DNA from: Chrysomallon squamiferum
Taxonomy: Eukaryota; Animalia; Mollusca
Length of the DNA stretch: 64,000 nt
Assembly (NCBI GenBank): GCA_012295275.1
Contig: CM022672.1
Span: 34,906,001-34,970,000 of the forward strand
Direction: 5' to 3'
The notes under the pieces are model-generated. The model searched no databases and was not told the DNA's origin. It worked only from the letters and a program-made list of their open reading frames with translations. How positions within the stretch are numbered: position 1 is the first letter of the stretch; each line of letters opens with the position of its first letter. Of the stretch, positions 1 through 24,054 are shown piece after piece. The translations under genes and the position numbers were made by a program.

Positions 1-249
1 ATTAAAAGGAGAAAGAAAACAAAGGAAGAAATTATTTTTCAACATCATAAAGCTTTAAGAATAAATACATAATGAACGAGAAAACACGGTGTCACCATGT
101 GAAGATTTCAAGTTTTCTTGTTCTTGTTATTATATTGCAACCTTTGCAAATTCAGGAAAGTTTATATATGATCTTTAGTAAACCAAGTGCACTGGCAGAA
201 AGTAAAATAGTCCACTGTCTGCACCAGATACGACTGATCCTGTTATAAA

Positions 250-11725
<11,476 letters not shown>

Positions 11726-12500
11726 AGTGAAAATGTTTCACAGAGAAACCAAACCTGAAGTAAAACTACGACCTGACACAAGACTCGTTTTCATGACTCA
11801 CCAGTGAGAAAAGGTGAAAACACACTCTAATATATTCTGTTTCAAAGTTCATACAAACATGATTTGAACAGAGTTATGTAATTCTGTTAAATTAAACACA
11901 CTGAGATTAAATCTGGATCTAGGAAAACAGGTTTTACTCGTACAAAAGTTACGTCACAATACACAGAATACTTTTCATATGCATTCTGTCTAGTATTTAC
12001 AGAGATACATAATGCGAAATCGTTTAATTTATGAGGAATGTTTGACCTAGACCGATTGACGCAAACTATTGCTATGCCGTCACTGTTCATGCGATAAAAT
12101 AAATGATAATAATACAAATTGTTGTATTTAATGTAATATAAACGTATTATTCATACACAAAGGTATATGTAACAAACAGCACAATGATACATAATCTTTT
12201 ACTTCGCCGTAAGTTGTCTTTCAGACAAGAGAGGACTAGGTCGAGTGTAGTGAAAACAGATCAGTTGACTCTTCTATAACGAGACAAAAGTTTCAAGCTA
12301 AGAGTTCAGTACTTAATGTGATTCACAACACGTATCTGCGACAGGCATGCATGGATAATATTAGAAATGATCTGGTGGAGTTTATGCATTGACGAGTAAC
12401 CTCTTTCTATTACAGTGTCACAATTCATACGTATTTCTTTTTATCAGCATAATCACTGCATATGTAGATATTTTAGGATTGAATATCCAGTGTTATGTAC
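11726..12500 (-). promoter_or_regulatory. Gene A upstream/promoter block, conserved among the three paralogs; AP-1 site at 11794-11800
   Basis: Reverse complement aligns by eye with 40530-41387 and with 23100-23600 plus 28650-28866; TGACTCA present. Confidence 0.55.
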
Positions 12501-12519
12501 GTCTGAAAAAACTCTGTAC

Positions 12520-12650
12520 ACAGATAATATTCGAGAACGCACTGGCGCCGGAAAACCTCACAAAATACGTCACATGTCGCTGTTGAGACTCGAACGTATG
12601 ACACCCATCCGCCCCAGGCGTACTAAGTTAACGCTCGGCCATCAAGACAA
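12520..12650 (-). mobile_element. tRNA-derived SINE-like remnant
   Basis: Pol III A-box-like TGGCCGAGCGTTAA and B-box GTTCGAGTC on the - strand; homolog at 40390-40530. Confidence 0.5.
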
Positions 12651-12654
12651 CTGG

Positions 12655-13455
12655 ATGTATTGTATGTATGTCTGTATGTATGTGTGTGTGTATGTGTGTG
12701 AATGTGTGTGTATGTATGTATTATGTGTGTATGTATATGTATGTATGTATGTATATGTATGTATAGATTTATGTATGGATGTATGGATGTATGGATGTAT
12801 GTATGCATGTATGTATGTATGTATATGTATGTATAGATATATGTATGTATGTATGTATGGATGGATGTATGGGATGTATGGATGTATGTTTGTATGTATG
12901 GATGTATGTATGTTTATGTATGTATGTATGGGTGTATGTATGTATGTACGTATGTATGTATGTATGTATTACGTATGTATGTATATATGTATGTATGTAT
13001 GTATGTATATGTATGTATGTCTGTATGTTTGTATGTCTGTATGTATTTATGTCTATGTGTATGTGTGCATGTACGGATGTATGTATGTGTGTGTATGCAT
13101 GTATGTATGTGTGTACGTATATATGTTTGTCGGTATGTATGTATATATGTGTGTATGTATGTATGTGTGTGTGTGTATATATATGTATGTATGTATGTGT
13201 GTATGTATGTATGTGTGTAGGTATGTATGTTTGTATGTATGTAGGTGAGTGTGTGTGTGTTGTATTATGTATGTATGTCTGTCTGTATGTATGTGTATAT
13301 GTAGGTGAGTGTGTGTGTGTTGTATTATGTATGTATGTATTTATTTATGTATATATGTATGTATGTGTGTTTTTGTGTCAGTCGAAATGTATGTATGTTT
13401 GCGTGCGTCTGCGTATGCTATATGCATATACGTGCATGTATGTATGCATGTATCA
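12655..13455. repeat. Degenerate (TATG/TG)n microsatellite
   Basis: About 800 bp of tatg/tgtg; the source of the spurious MYVC ORFs. Confidence 0.95.
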
Positions 13456-13588
13456 ACGTTAGGGTTCCCATTTCCAAGTCAGTACTTAATGTGATTCACA
13501 TCTATGACAAGCATTAATGAATAAATGTTTGAAACGAGCTGGTGGACTTTGTAGACTGTGTGATCTCTTCCTATTACAATGTCAGCAG

Positions 13589-13640
<52 letters not shown>

Positions 13641-13849
13641 ATTTCAAACACAGAAACAAGTTGAATAACATATTCAGACAAGGTGAATATTTTCTATCTC
13701 TACCTCCAGTAACAGAGATTTTCTGTTACATTCTCTCACTTACTATGTACCTGTAATAAACAGAATGAACAGAAGAAAAAAAGTTTGTATAAAATACAGA
13801 AACAAATAAAAGATAATAATAATTAAAAAGGTAATAGTAATAATAATAA

Positions 13850-13884
<35 letters not shown>

Positions 13885-14226
13885 CAACAACAAAAGATAA
13901 TGAATAAATAATAAATATATTTAAAAAAAAAAAACGAAACCAGATATAAATCAGAAAGATCGTGTGCTTCTTTCAGCACTTTTTTCTGTGTTTATTTCCT
14001 TTTGAAAAAAGTGCTCAGATGAAAACAGAACGAGTAAAATAAAACTGGGCAACATGTCGAGCACGTTATACATTTCTCTTTCTGTTTATGCAAACCAGAA
14101 AACATAGATCACGGAGTTTTGCCCTGACCTCATTCTGACATTCCCACTCTTTAAAATGTTTAACTATTCGTGTATTTGCACTTTTCCCATGAGCATCTGG
14201 AAATAATAAATAAATCAAATAAATAA

Positions 14227-14375
14227 CAACTAGGTAGACAGGTAACTAGGTAGACAGATAACTAGGTAGACAGGTAACTAGGTAGCCAGGTAGCTAGGTA
14301 GACAGGTAACTAGGTAGACAGGTAACTAGGTAGACAGGTAACTAGGTAGACAGGTAACTAGGCAGGCAGGGAACT
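14227..14375. repeat. 16-bp minisatellite (taactaggtagacagg)n, about 9 copies
   Basis: Reverse complement of the large array at 61730-63915. Confidence 0.9.
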
Positions 14376-15179
14376 AGACGAAGGATGGATGATGAGTGGA
14401 TGGAAGGACGCTTTCTTGGATTTATGGACTGACGGACATGGATGGATGGATGGATGGAATAGTGTCTGTGTGCTGAGTCTAATCAGACGTTCACAGAGAA
14501 TATTGAAAATTCTAAACTACACAGAATCATACATAGGTGTAACGGCGTGATTGCTGCACACCGTTCATGATTTATGTAATTTTGTTTTGCTGTTGTTGTA
14601 GTCGCTGTTCTTGTTCTTGTTCTTCTCCTTCTTCTTCTCTGTATGTGTCTGTTTGCGTGCAGGTACATCTCTATCTTGGTATGCTTGTATTAGTATCGAA
14701 GTGGTTGCCGTCGTACCGGTTGTTCGTAACGTCATTCCTGTACTTCTCATTATTGTTTTGTGCTTTTTATTAACTATTGTTCTTATTTTCTTAGAGTGCA
14801 CATCCTATTTCCAAGTAAATTAATCTTACTTTCTTACTGTGCCGTCGTTGTCGTTATTTCTGCTTCTGCTCGATGTTATTGGTATACTTCTGCTTATTCT
14901 GTTAACATTTCTATTAATTGTTAGTCTCACTTTCAGTGTGCACATCCTGTATTTAAGCATTGTGTTACTATATCTATTAACGCCTGAGTAAGTAACTACC
15001 TACCTGCCTAGCTATATTCCTGCCTATCTCTCTTTATATATCTGTATGTACGTATCTTTGTATCTTTCAGTTAGTGTTGCTGTCGTTGCCGTCGTGCCAG
15101 CGTTGTTCCTAAGGTTATTTGTGTACTTCTAATTATTCTTTATCGCTTTTTCTTCTCACTGTCCTAGTCTGTTCATCCT

Positions 15180-15540
15180 TTATTAAAATATATTATTATT
15201 ATTTCTTAGTGTGCACACCCTATATTAAACTATATTATTATTATTTCTTAGTGTGCACACCCTATATTAAAATATATTATTATTATTTCTTAGTGTGCAC
15301 ACCCTATATTAAAATATATTATTATTATTTCTTAGTGTGCACACCCTATATTAAAATATATTATTATTATTTCTTAGTGTGCACACCCTATATTAAAATA
15401 TATTATTATTATTTCTTACTGTGCACATCCTATATTAATATATATCATTATTATTTCTTAGTCTGCACATCCTATATTAAAATATATTATTAGTATTTCT
15501 TAGTGTGCACATCCTATATTAAAATATATTATTCTTATTT
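15180..15540. repeat. 42-bp minisatellite (cttagtgtgcacaccctatattaaaatatattattattattt)n, about 8 copies
   Basis: Direct tandem copies; produces the spurious ORF (LVCTPYIKIYYYYF)n. Confidence 0.92.
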
Positions 15541-16875
15541 GTATTAACGTCGCTATCATTGTCGTTGTAACGGCGATGTTCTTAACGTTATTGGTGTACT
15601 TCTCATTATTTTTTCGCGTTTTAATAACTATTTTTTCCTTATTTTCTGACAGTACGCATCCTACTTTAAAATATGTTATTAACATTTCTTTTAATTCCTA
15701 ATTCCATACTGTGCACATGCTATTTCAGTATACATTATTCTTATTTCAGTCTTTTTCGTTATGAAACAAATATCAAACGACAAAGCAGAATGCATGATGA
15801 ATTATTCTGTAAATATTCTTATTTGTATTGATGTCGTTGCCGTTGTTTCGGTGTTCTACTTGATGTTGTTTGTCGTAAATTCATAATTTATGTACCCTCA
15901 ACCTTTTCGAAAGGTTATCATCACGTGTTTAAGCGTGTAAGCCTAAAACGCAGACAAATTCAAACTTGTACGTGTGTGTCAAAACACCGGCTTATATCGG
16001 GTGTGAAAACAAGAACCCGCGGAATTTTTCATCATATATAACTTTACCAAATCAGAAAAATACTTTATGTCGTTCGTGTGTATCATCACTTACATATGAT
16101 TTATTCTATGTCATTTTGTTTTCGGAAATGGGACATATGAATTTATTGTAGTACTATATTTTTTAATTACTTACAAATAGTAGTAATTAGTATTTACATT
16201 AAAATATTTCTTTAAGCACATGCAATATATTATTTAAAAAAGTATATTTCAAATAATTGTGTAAGAAAAATAAAGAAATGAGAAAAGAAAGAAACAATAA
16301 ATTTATTCCAATGGATATGAGATGGCGTTATTTGAATTAATAACAAGATACACAGCCTGGCTTTTAAACCTTACTTTTTGTGATTTCTTTATTATCCCCG
16401 TCACCATTCTCAGATGAGTCACATGCAGTATTAGCTACATTACACACAATAACACACACCAATGTATAAAAATATTGATAAAATATCTTCTAATCTGGAT
16501 ATGTTGCAAGATGTACATATTTGTTTATAAAATACAAAGTTCACTTTAATTAAGACAAAATATATTAATAGCAATTAAGGAAATAATTAAGCCAAAAAGC
16601 CAATATTTAAAGAATATAATTGACATATTAATTATGAAACTATAAAATAATCGCAGATCAATACATACAAATAATATATAGTTTTTGTCACTAAGGAAAA
16701 ACAAAGTTTCTGAGGCAAAACAGGAATAATCTAGCAATAAACTAGTTATTATGGCTTAATAATAATAATAATAATAATAAGAAGAAGAAGAAGAAGAAGA
16801 ATATTGACAAGAACAATATGTAAATATCACAGAGCTTATCACTACATCAAACTAGAAGTTGTTGGCGTTTTTGTA

Positions 16876-17075
16876 NNNNNNNNNNNNNNNNNNNNNNNNN
16901 NNNNNNNNNNNNNNNNNNNNNNNNNNNNNNNNNNNNNNNNNNNNNNNNNNNNNNNNNNNNNNNNNNNNNNNNNNNNNNNNNNNNNNNNNNNNNNNNNNNN
17001 NNNNNNNNNNNNNNNNNNNNNNNNNNNNNNNNNNNNNNNNNNNNNNNNNNNNNNNNNNNNNNNNNNNNNNNNNNN
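16876..17075. other. Assembly gap (200 N)
   Basis: Run of N of round-number length. Confidence 0.99.
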
Positions 17076-17394
17076 ACAACTATAACAATGACATTATAAC
17101 ACAAGATAAATTACCGTAGTATTTGCAAATAATTAGTATGAAAACCTTTTGACATTACTTAGTTTCTCAAACAACATTTCAATGTGTTGCATAGAAGTTT
17201 CTTTAGTTTATTATTTTAAAAATCAACACAGAACACAAATTATAATATAACTATCACTACAATAATTATAAATAAAAATGTATGTGCTAAAACTATTGAC
17301 CGAGATGTTTCTGATGCTTTTATAATTACTTTCAAATAAAAATTCAAAGTTTTTATATATATCTAAAATATTGTTCTTAATTTTTGTTTTGTTT

Positions 17395-17446
<52 letters not shown>

Positions 17447-17505
17447 TTATTTATTTATTTATCGTTCATTTATGGTTATTAATTATAAGAATATTTATTT
17501 TCCAG

Positions 17506-18394
17506 TCTCCACTCAAGAAGCAAAATGTACAGGAACATCAACTGTAACGGCTTTGTCAGTCGTCACAGCTGTACTGACTTTGCTTCTCATAACAGCCAAT
17601 TGTTTTTAATATCAGGTAAAAATGCTGACATATTCTTCAACCACATTAATTGTAATATAATATACCTAACTATTATATACCAAAATACTTTATTTTAGTT
17701 GGAACTCAGATAATAACTTTTCACAATTTGCTTCTTTTGATAATAAACGTAATACGTATTATAAAATATGTGTATGCACATCTTTATAGCTGATACAAAT
17801 ATATCATATACTGTATTTACAGAATAATAAGCCGAAATATTTTGTGCCTGATAACATTGTTATTATACATTCAGAGGATATATATGTGTATAATAGATTA
17901 AATCAACTGAAAGACTATATCTTTTAATTTTTCTTTCTAAAATCAATATTAACAGCTAAGTCTGAATTTCAGTACTGAGGATCTATTAATTATCAGTGTA
18001 ACAGTATCTCTCCACGTATATTATATTTTAATTATATAAAATTTGCACTTACTAACTGATAACGTAAAATGAATACATTTTCAGAATGGCTCTGATCATA
18101 CGAAAACGACCATCCTCTACTGAACATTCAGTATCATTTGCGAAAAGCAGCAACAGTCATACAAGGACAGCAGCTACTCCGTGATCAGTGTATGAAGTAT
18201 TTGATGAAGACGTCAATATCGTCACAACACCAAATCACAATGACACTCAAACAATTTCATCAGGTGATGCGGAGACAAGTTATGTAAACACTTCTGATCA
18301 AGAAGAACTCAACACTCAAGAAATATACGATTATGATAAACTAGATATTGATGTTGTTGGACAGGGATCTCCATACGAGAAAATTCAAAAGTAA
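17506..18394 (+). pseudogene. Pseudogenised TM exon (17506-17615) and tyrosine-motif tail exon (18085-18394) of a gene B paralog
   Basis: Homologous to 37292-37400 and 38343-38652; +1 insertion in the TM exon (GCC AAT TGT TTT TAA) and TCA>TGA at 18182-18184. Confidence 0.85.
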
Positions 18395-18603
18395 TATATA
18401 TATATATATATATAGACAAACACACACAAACACACACACAAAAACATAGACCACGTTCAAACACAGATTTTATGGGTAATGGTAAAATGATTTATTAATT
18501 ATCTCCATACGAAAAAATAAAACAGTAATATATATGTGTATATATAATAGACATGTAAATAGATTTCTAGATACCTGGACAATTCCAGTTTAACAGAAAG
18601 GCT

Positions 18604-19235
18604 CATTGTCAATTTAGTAACACAGTCTCGTTAGAACAGTAAGTTATTTATGTATTCATTGTGAGTATTTAGTAACACTTTCTCGTTAGAACAGTAAGTT
18701 ATTTATGTATTCATTGTGAATATTTAGTAACACAGTCTCGTTAGAACAGTAAATTATTTATGTATTCATTGTGAATATTTAGTAACACAGTCTCGTTAGA
18801 ACAGTAAGTTATTTATGTATTCATTGTGAATATTTAATAACACAGTCTCGTTTGAACAGTAAATTATTTATCTATTCATTGTGAATATTTAGTAACACAG
18901 TCTCGTTAGAATAGTAAGTTATTTATGTATTCATTGTGAATATTTAGTAACACAGTCTCGTTAGAACAGTAAGTTATTTATGTATTCATTGTGAGTATTT
19001 AGTAACACAGTCTCGTTAGAACAGTAAGTTATTTATGTATTCATTGTGAATATTTAGTAACACAGTCTCGTTAGAACAGTAAGTTATTTATGTATTTATT
19101 GTGAATATTTAGTAACACAGTCTCGTTAGAATAGTAAATTATTTATGTATTCATTGTGAATATTTAGTAACAGTCTCGTTAGAACAGTAAGTTATTTATG
19201 TATTCATTGTGAATATTTAGTAACAGTCTCGTTTG
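18604..19235. repeat. 55-bp minisatellite, about 11 copies, downstream of the tail exon
   Basis: Unit tcattgtgaatatttagtaacacagtctcgttagaacagtaagttatttatgtat. Confidence 0.95.
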
Positions 19236-20350
19236 AAGATTAAACTATTTTAATATTAATATCATCACAACAGTTCTTTACTGCTCAGATATTCTTCATT
19301 ATCTTTGTTATAAACAGTTGGAGTTCAGCTGAGAACTGAAAGTATTGTAATATTTTACGTTGGAAATAAACATAACCAAGTATTAGTGAAGCATATTTTG
19401 TGGACTTGTGAATACGTTTCAGTGTGTTGCTCCGCTGAAACAAAACTGAAAGTCGTACAAGAATAAGACTAACTTTATTTATATGAGACTCAAGATGCTG
19501 ATTCACTTACAATAATGGAGCGCTGTGTGCAACAGTGTAAATGTTGCAATCATAAAATAACGGAGACTACTTTTATTTATTGGAGAGAAATTATGATGAC
19601 TGCCATCGTCTAATGAAGAGTACATTCTTCAGACCGACACTAACCAGTTAGGAAAGATTTGAATGAACGAATCATAATAAACTAAAAATGTGTTGTTTTG
19701 TTTATGTTCATGGCGCCTCACATAACTGACACAGACGAGTTAGAAGAACTCATGAACTGATATCAGAGATTAATAAAGCAACAAGATGTAAATTATTATG
19801 ATAAACATGAGTTGTAAGTGCTATGTTATTATGAACTAAGTAATTGCGATATAAAGATGAATTGATAATAATTATATATAAAGTATAATTTTAAATAATT
19901 TTGATTTATGATACGAGTAACGTCATAAGGGGAACCAAGATAAAATAAGAATCTGCACGGAGGGCAGATTAAAAACTTAAAATTTTATTAATATTAAATG
20001 TTACTGACGGAGGTCAATTGCAAATTATAATCTATCAAAATAAGAGCAGACAATGGCTTCCCATACTCGTCTTTAAAGACAAATTCATTGAAAAACTCTG
20101 GTTCCTCACCTGACTGAGCGCTCGTGTTGGACTTGTCCTTCTCTCTTTATTTACCAAGTGCCAAATCTTTAAAACAAACCCGTAGAGTGCATACATTGGT
20201 TGCAGAAATTAAGAGTGCTAAAGTGTCAGAAAGATAAATTTGTTACGCAATCTGAATTCCGTGAAACACCTTTCCATAAATTTAGAAACAAATAGGAAAT
20301 CTCAGGTATGAACATTTTCTGGAATCTTATAATATAATAGAAAAAAGCAC

Positions 20351-20400
<50 letters not shown>

Positions 20401-20559
20401 GAAGCAAGGTATATAATACATAATATGTCAAACATTGGAGAAAAAGAGTAACGTTTTCAATGTCTCAGCTTCAGTAAGATGTTAGTTATTACTTCCCTGG
20501 TTTCCCAATGGGTTGACAATAGACATCAAGCCTATAACCCTAAACAAAAGACACAAGCA

Positions 20560-22920
20560 AGGGAAAACAACATTATTTTTGAAAGAGCACCCGCAATGGT
20601 GTTGTTAGTTGCAGCACTATGCTTTACGGTAACTGGGTACTCCTGAAAGATTAAACTCCAATGTTAAACTCCTTGATTAGTTCTGTTCATACGATTTATG
20701 AAAGTAACGGGATTATGATGCGTATAGACAGTTACTGGTTGAAGTGTGACTTCACGTACACTTGAAAATGTTTCAAGGCTTGAATCATTCCAAAAGCTTC
20801 CTTTTCTGCATTGAATAATTAAGTTGATATTAAATTTTCTTGAAATTATTGCGTTGTCTGGCACACTGAAACTTCTTGAAACTGACGTGCCCCAGAACCA
20901 GCATCACTAGCATCTACAACCAGATTGAATGGTTGCTGCTGTTTGGGTGCTGCCGTTATATGTGCTTTACAGAGCATATTCTTTAATTCCCAGCTGAATT
21001 TGTTACCCTTATGTAAGAGAGATGTCATTCGTGCTGGGAAAGTTACAAAATCTGGTTGATGAACAGATATTTCTATCTGGTTAACTTGGTCGTCGGAGCC
21101 TGATCTTGATTAGCCTTCAACAGATTAATATGCCCAAATCTTGTCGACTTACCTCGACTTTAGGGACCTTTGGCAGTGTGCCCATATATCAAATCGAGTG
21201 GGGAGAAATCAAGTAATTCTTGTTTTGAATCTCTAGCAGCCAGTTCATAGGGTATGATTCCAATCTTGACCATGTAAATTAGGGTGATACGTACTAACCT
21301 GACGTATTCCTAATAGAAACATGACTTGGTGAAACAATTTCGATATGAGATTTGAGTCTTGATCAGACTGAATTTCATCTGGTCAACAAATCGTGAAATA
21401 TTTCATCAGCGCTTTTGTTACCATACCAGCTGTTATCTTATGTAATGGAATTGCCTTTGGGAACCTAGTATTCACACACATTATTGTTATCAGATATTCA
21501 GTACCCTGGCTAATTCTGTCTACTAAAACTTTTGAAAAGCCCGGTCGAGTGGTTATAGGAGTGCCGGGGAAATGACTTGATTTGGTTTTTTCCCATTGTT
21601 CTGACACACCCACAACTTTTGACAAATCTTTTGTGTCATGATATATTGCTAGCTAATACAAATCTGATGCAATCTGCTCTTACGTTTTTGTTCGCCCCAC
21701 GTGATCCGCAGACACATTTTCATGACTTAATAATTAAAAGATTTTCCCATGCCACAGATCTAGTAGTAACACAGTCCGGAAATATCAGTTTCATCCTCAT
21801 AGGTTGAAATGGGAGTATTTAACACCTGTAAAGTCGCGCACTTGTTACCACGACAACTCTCTGAAACAATTATATCGGTATACTAGGTAACCTCTCCAGA
21901 AACTGTGGTGAATTGATAACAAGTCGGTGTAGTGGAATGGTAGGTAGTACACGTTCCCCTAACTGACTTAATGATTATATTTTTGCCTGTTGCCAGTTTT
22001 TAAATAATCTGTTATGACATCTTTTAGAATCAGGCTCTGACAAGCTCCTCTGTCTCGGAACATGGAAATTACCCTAGAAGGATAACTAATTGATTATATA
22101 TCACAAATATTACCCCGTCTGACATATATTTAACATATTTGTTCTCAGTATACATCGCTGGTAATTCTGAAAAGTTGTCATTACTTTTTGTTCTAATGAA
22201 ACCTACAGTTTTCCGATTTTGTTTTTTTCTGGCATAACAGTTTGAAACAACATGATTATTCATTTTGCAATCAGAACAACATGATTATTCATTGTGCAAT
22301 CAGAAAAACCTGGTTGAAAAGACTTTGTCTCAGCTGACAGGTTACTCTTTACTGAAAGCATTGACCTAGTATTAGATTTATGTTGTCCGGCAAACCAAAC
22401 TTCCTAACTGATGTAGTGTTATCTGTAAACCTTTCTTGATTACCATCAACAATCCTAGCAGATCTTGACTCACAACTCTGTGACGTAGTTATCAGCAGCT
22501 ACAGCAGCAGCTTGTAGAGGTTTCTGTGCCCTGATTTATGTAACCAAACATTTACCGGTAAACAAATTTTCGCTTTTTCCAAAGTGATTAATTAACGTAA
22601 ATTGGCATAATCATTGCCAGTGTCGTTTTATCAAAAACAGTCTGTTTTCTGGACACAAATTCACAGTGCGTTTCTCAATCTAAGCTTCTCCACTTCCGAA
22701 GAGACTGACGATTTGCCTTTTCTTTTCTCTGTCTCTTTCCTTTTCTTTTCTCTCTATCACTTTCATATCCCAGCTTCTTAAGCTATAATTTTTGTTCGAA
22801 GGTTATTTTCTTTTTCTGATCACTGACTCTGCCATACTGTTTTACACCTGTGTCATTACTCCCCCAGTTCTTCTTATCAAAAGAGTCTTCAAATAAAGAC
22901 TCTGTTAATATTTCTCTGAT
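20560..22920 (-). mobile_element. Degenerate Ty3/Gypsy retrotransposon internal region (Gmr1-like domain order)
   Basis: On the - strand: gag-like region with knuckle remnant (CKMNNHVVSNC, ~22240-22270), integrase (YLITIMCVNTRFPKAIPLHKITA, ~21400-21500), then RNase H (FNLVVDASDAGSGA; VYTHHNPVTFINRM; WSLIFQEY..IAGALSK, ~20580-20930). Many frameshifts; LTRs not identified. Confidence 0.85.
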
Positions 22921-24054
22921 TTGCTGTATCGTGTCAGACTAAGCAACTGAAACATGCATACATACATACATACATACATACATACATACGTACATACATG
23001 TATATGCATATATCCACACATACATTTACACACAAACTCACACACAAACACACACACGCACATACATATCTACGTTCCCGAATATTGCCTATGTGCAGTC
23101 TAATCAGACGTACATAGGACAGAGAATATTCAATACTAAAATACACAGATATATGTACAGTGCATATGCTGATAAAAAAGAAATAGCTGTAGTCTAGCAT
23201 ACGTATGAATAGTGACATTGTAATAGGAAGAGATTACTCGTCAATGGGAACACTCCGCTAGCTCGTTTCATACATGTATCCAGTCATGCGTGTCCTAGTT
23301 ACGTGTTGTGAATCACATTAAGTGCTGAACTCTTAGCTTGAAATTTTTGTCTCGTTATAGAAGAGTCAACTGATCTGTTTTCACTACACTCGACCTAGTC
23401 CTCTGTTATGTCTGAAAGAAAACTTACGGAGAAGTAAAAGATTATGTATAAGTGTGGCGTTCTTTCCATATACCTTGGTGTATTATTATTATCTGTTTCA
23501 TCGCATGAATAGTGACGGTATATCAATAGTTTGAGTCGATCGCTCTAGGTCAAACAATCCTCATAGATAAAACGATGTCACATTATGTATCTGTATAAAT
23601 ACTGTGTTAAACGAAAAAAAAAAAAAAAAAAAAAAAAAATAAACAGGTATTACAAAGATTATAAAATAAAGTTTAAGAAATTGGGCAGCGCTCTTATCAT
23701 TATTGTAAAAATATTTTATGTTAAACACAGTCATGTATTTTAGCCGTGAGATATTAACCTTTAATTAATTATTTTCATTCTTTTATTTTTAATTGTTTAG
23801 TTATTTTATTCTCTCAGTTCTTAAGCTTTTTCTTTCACTTTTAGATCTGATATTTCTTTACATTTAAAAATCTCAGCAGTGTTCACTGATTTATACACAC
23901 GCACACAGACACACACACACACACACACACGCATCTGTGAAGTGTATTATAAAAACTACGGCACTGAAAAGTCCGCGCCAGACAAGCGCAGTGTAGACTA
24001 CCGGCTCAACCCGGTATGGTCGCAGTCAAAGTGTAACAAAGTCAATAACCAAAT

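Larger units (their letters stand above)
14200..16875 (-). repeat. Inverted segmental duplication of the gene C 3' flank (~58265-64000)
   Basis: Collinear reverse-complement blocks: 15900-16875 vs 58265-59295, 15700-15880 vs 60570-60760, 14230-15200 vs 60890-61780, 14200-14230 vs 63980-64000. Confidence 0.9.

Noticed and set aside
12415-13517. Long MYVC-rich ORFs
   Set aside because: Translations of the (TATG)n microsatellite, open in all three frames.
16804-17119. ORFs spanning X residues
   Set aside because: Artefacts of the N gap.
18604-19235. CRISPR-like regular array (also 38955-39420)
   Set aside because: Units are contiguous near-identical repeats with no unique spacers, there are no cas genes, and the context is eukaryotic.
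19900-20300. Possible 3' LTR of the Gypsy remnant
   Set aside because: No second copy, clear TG..CA termini or polypurine tract could be identified.
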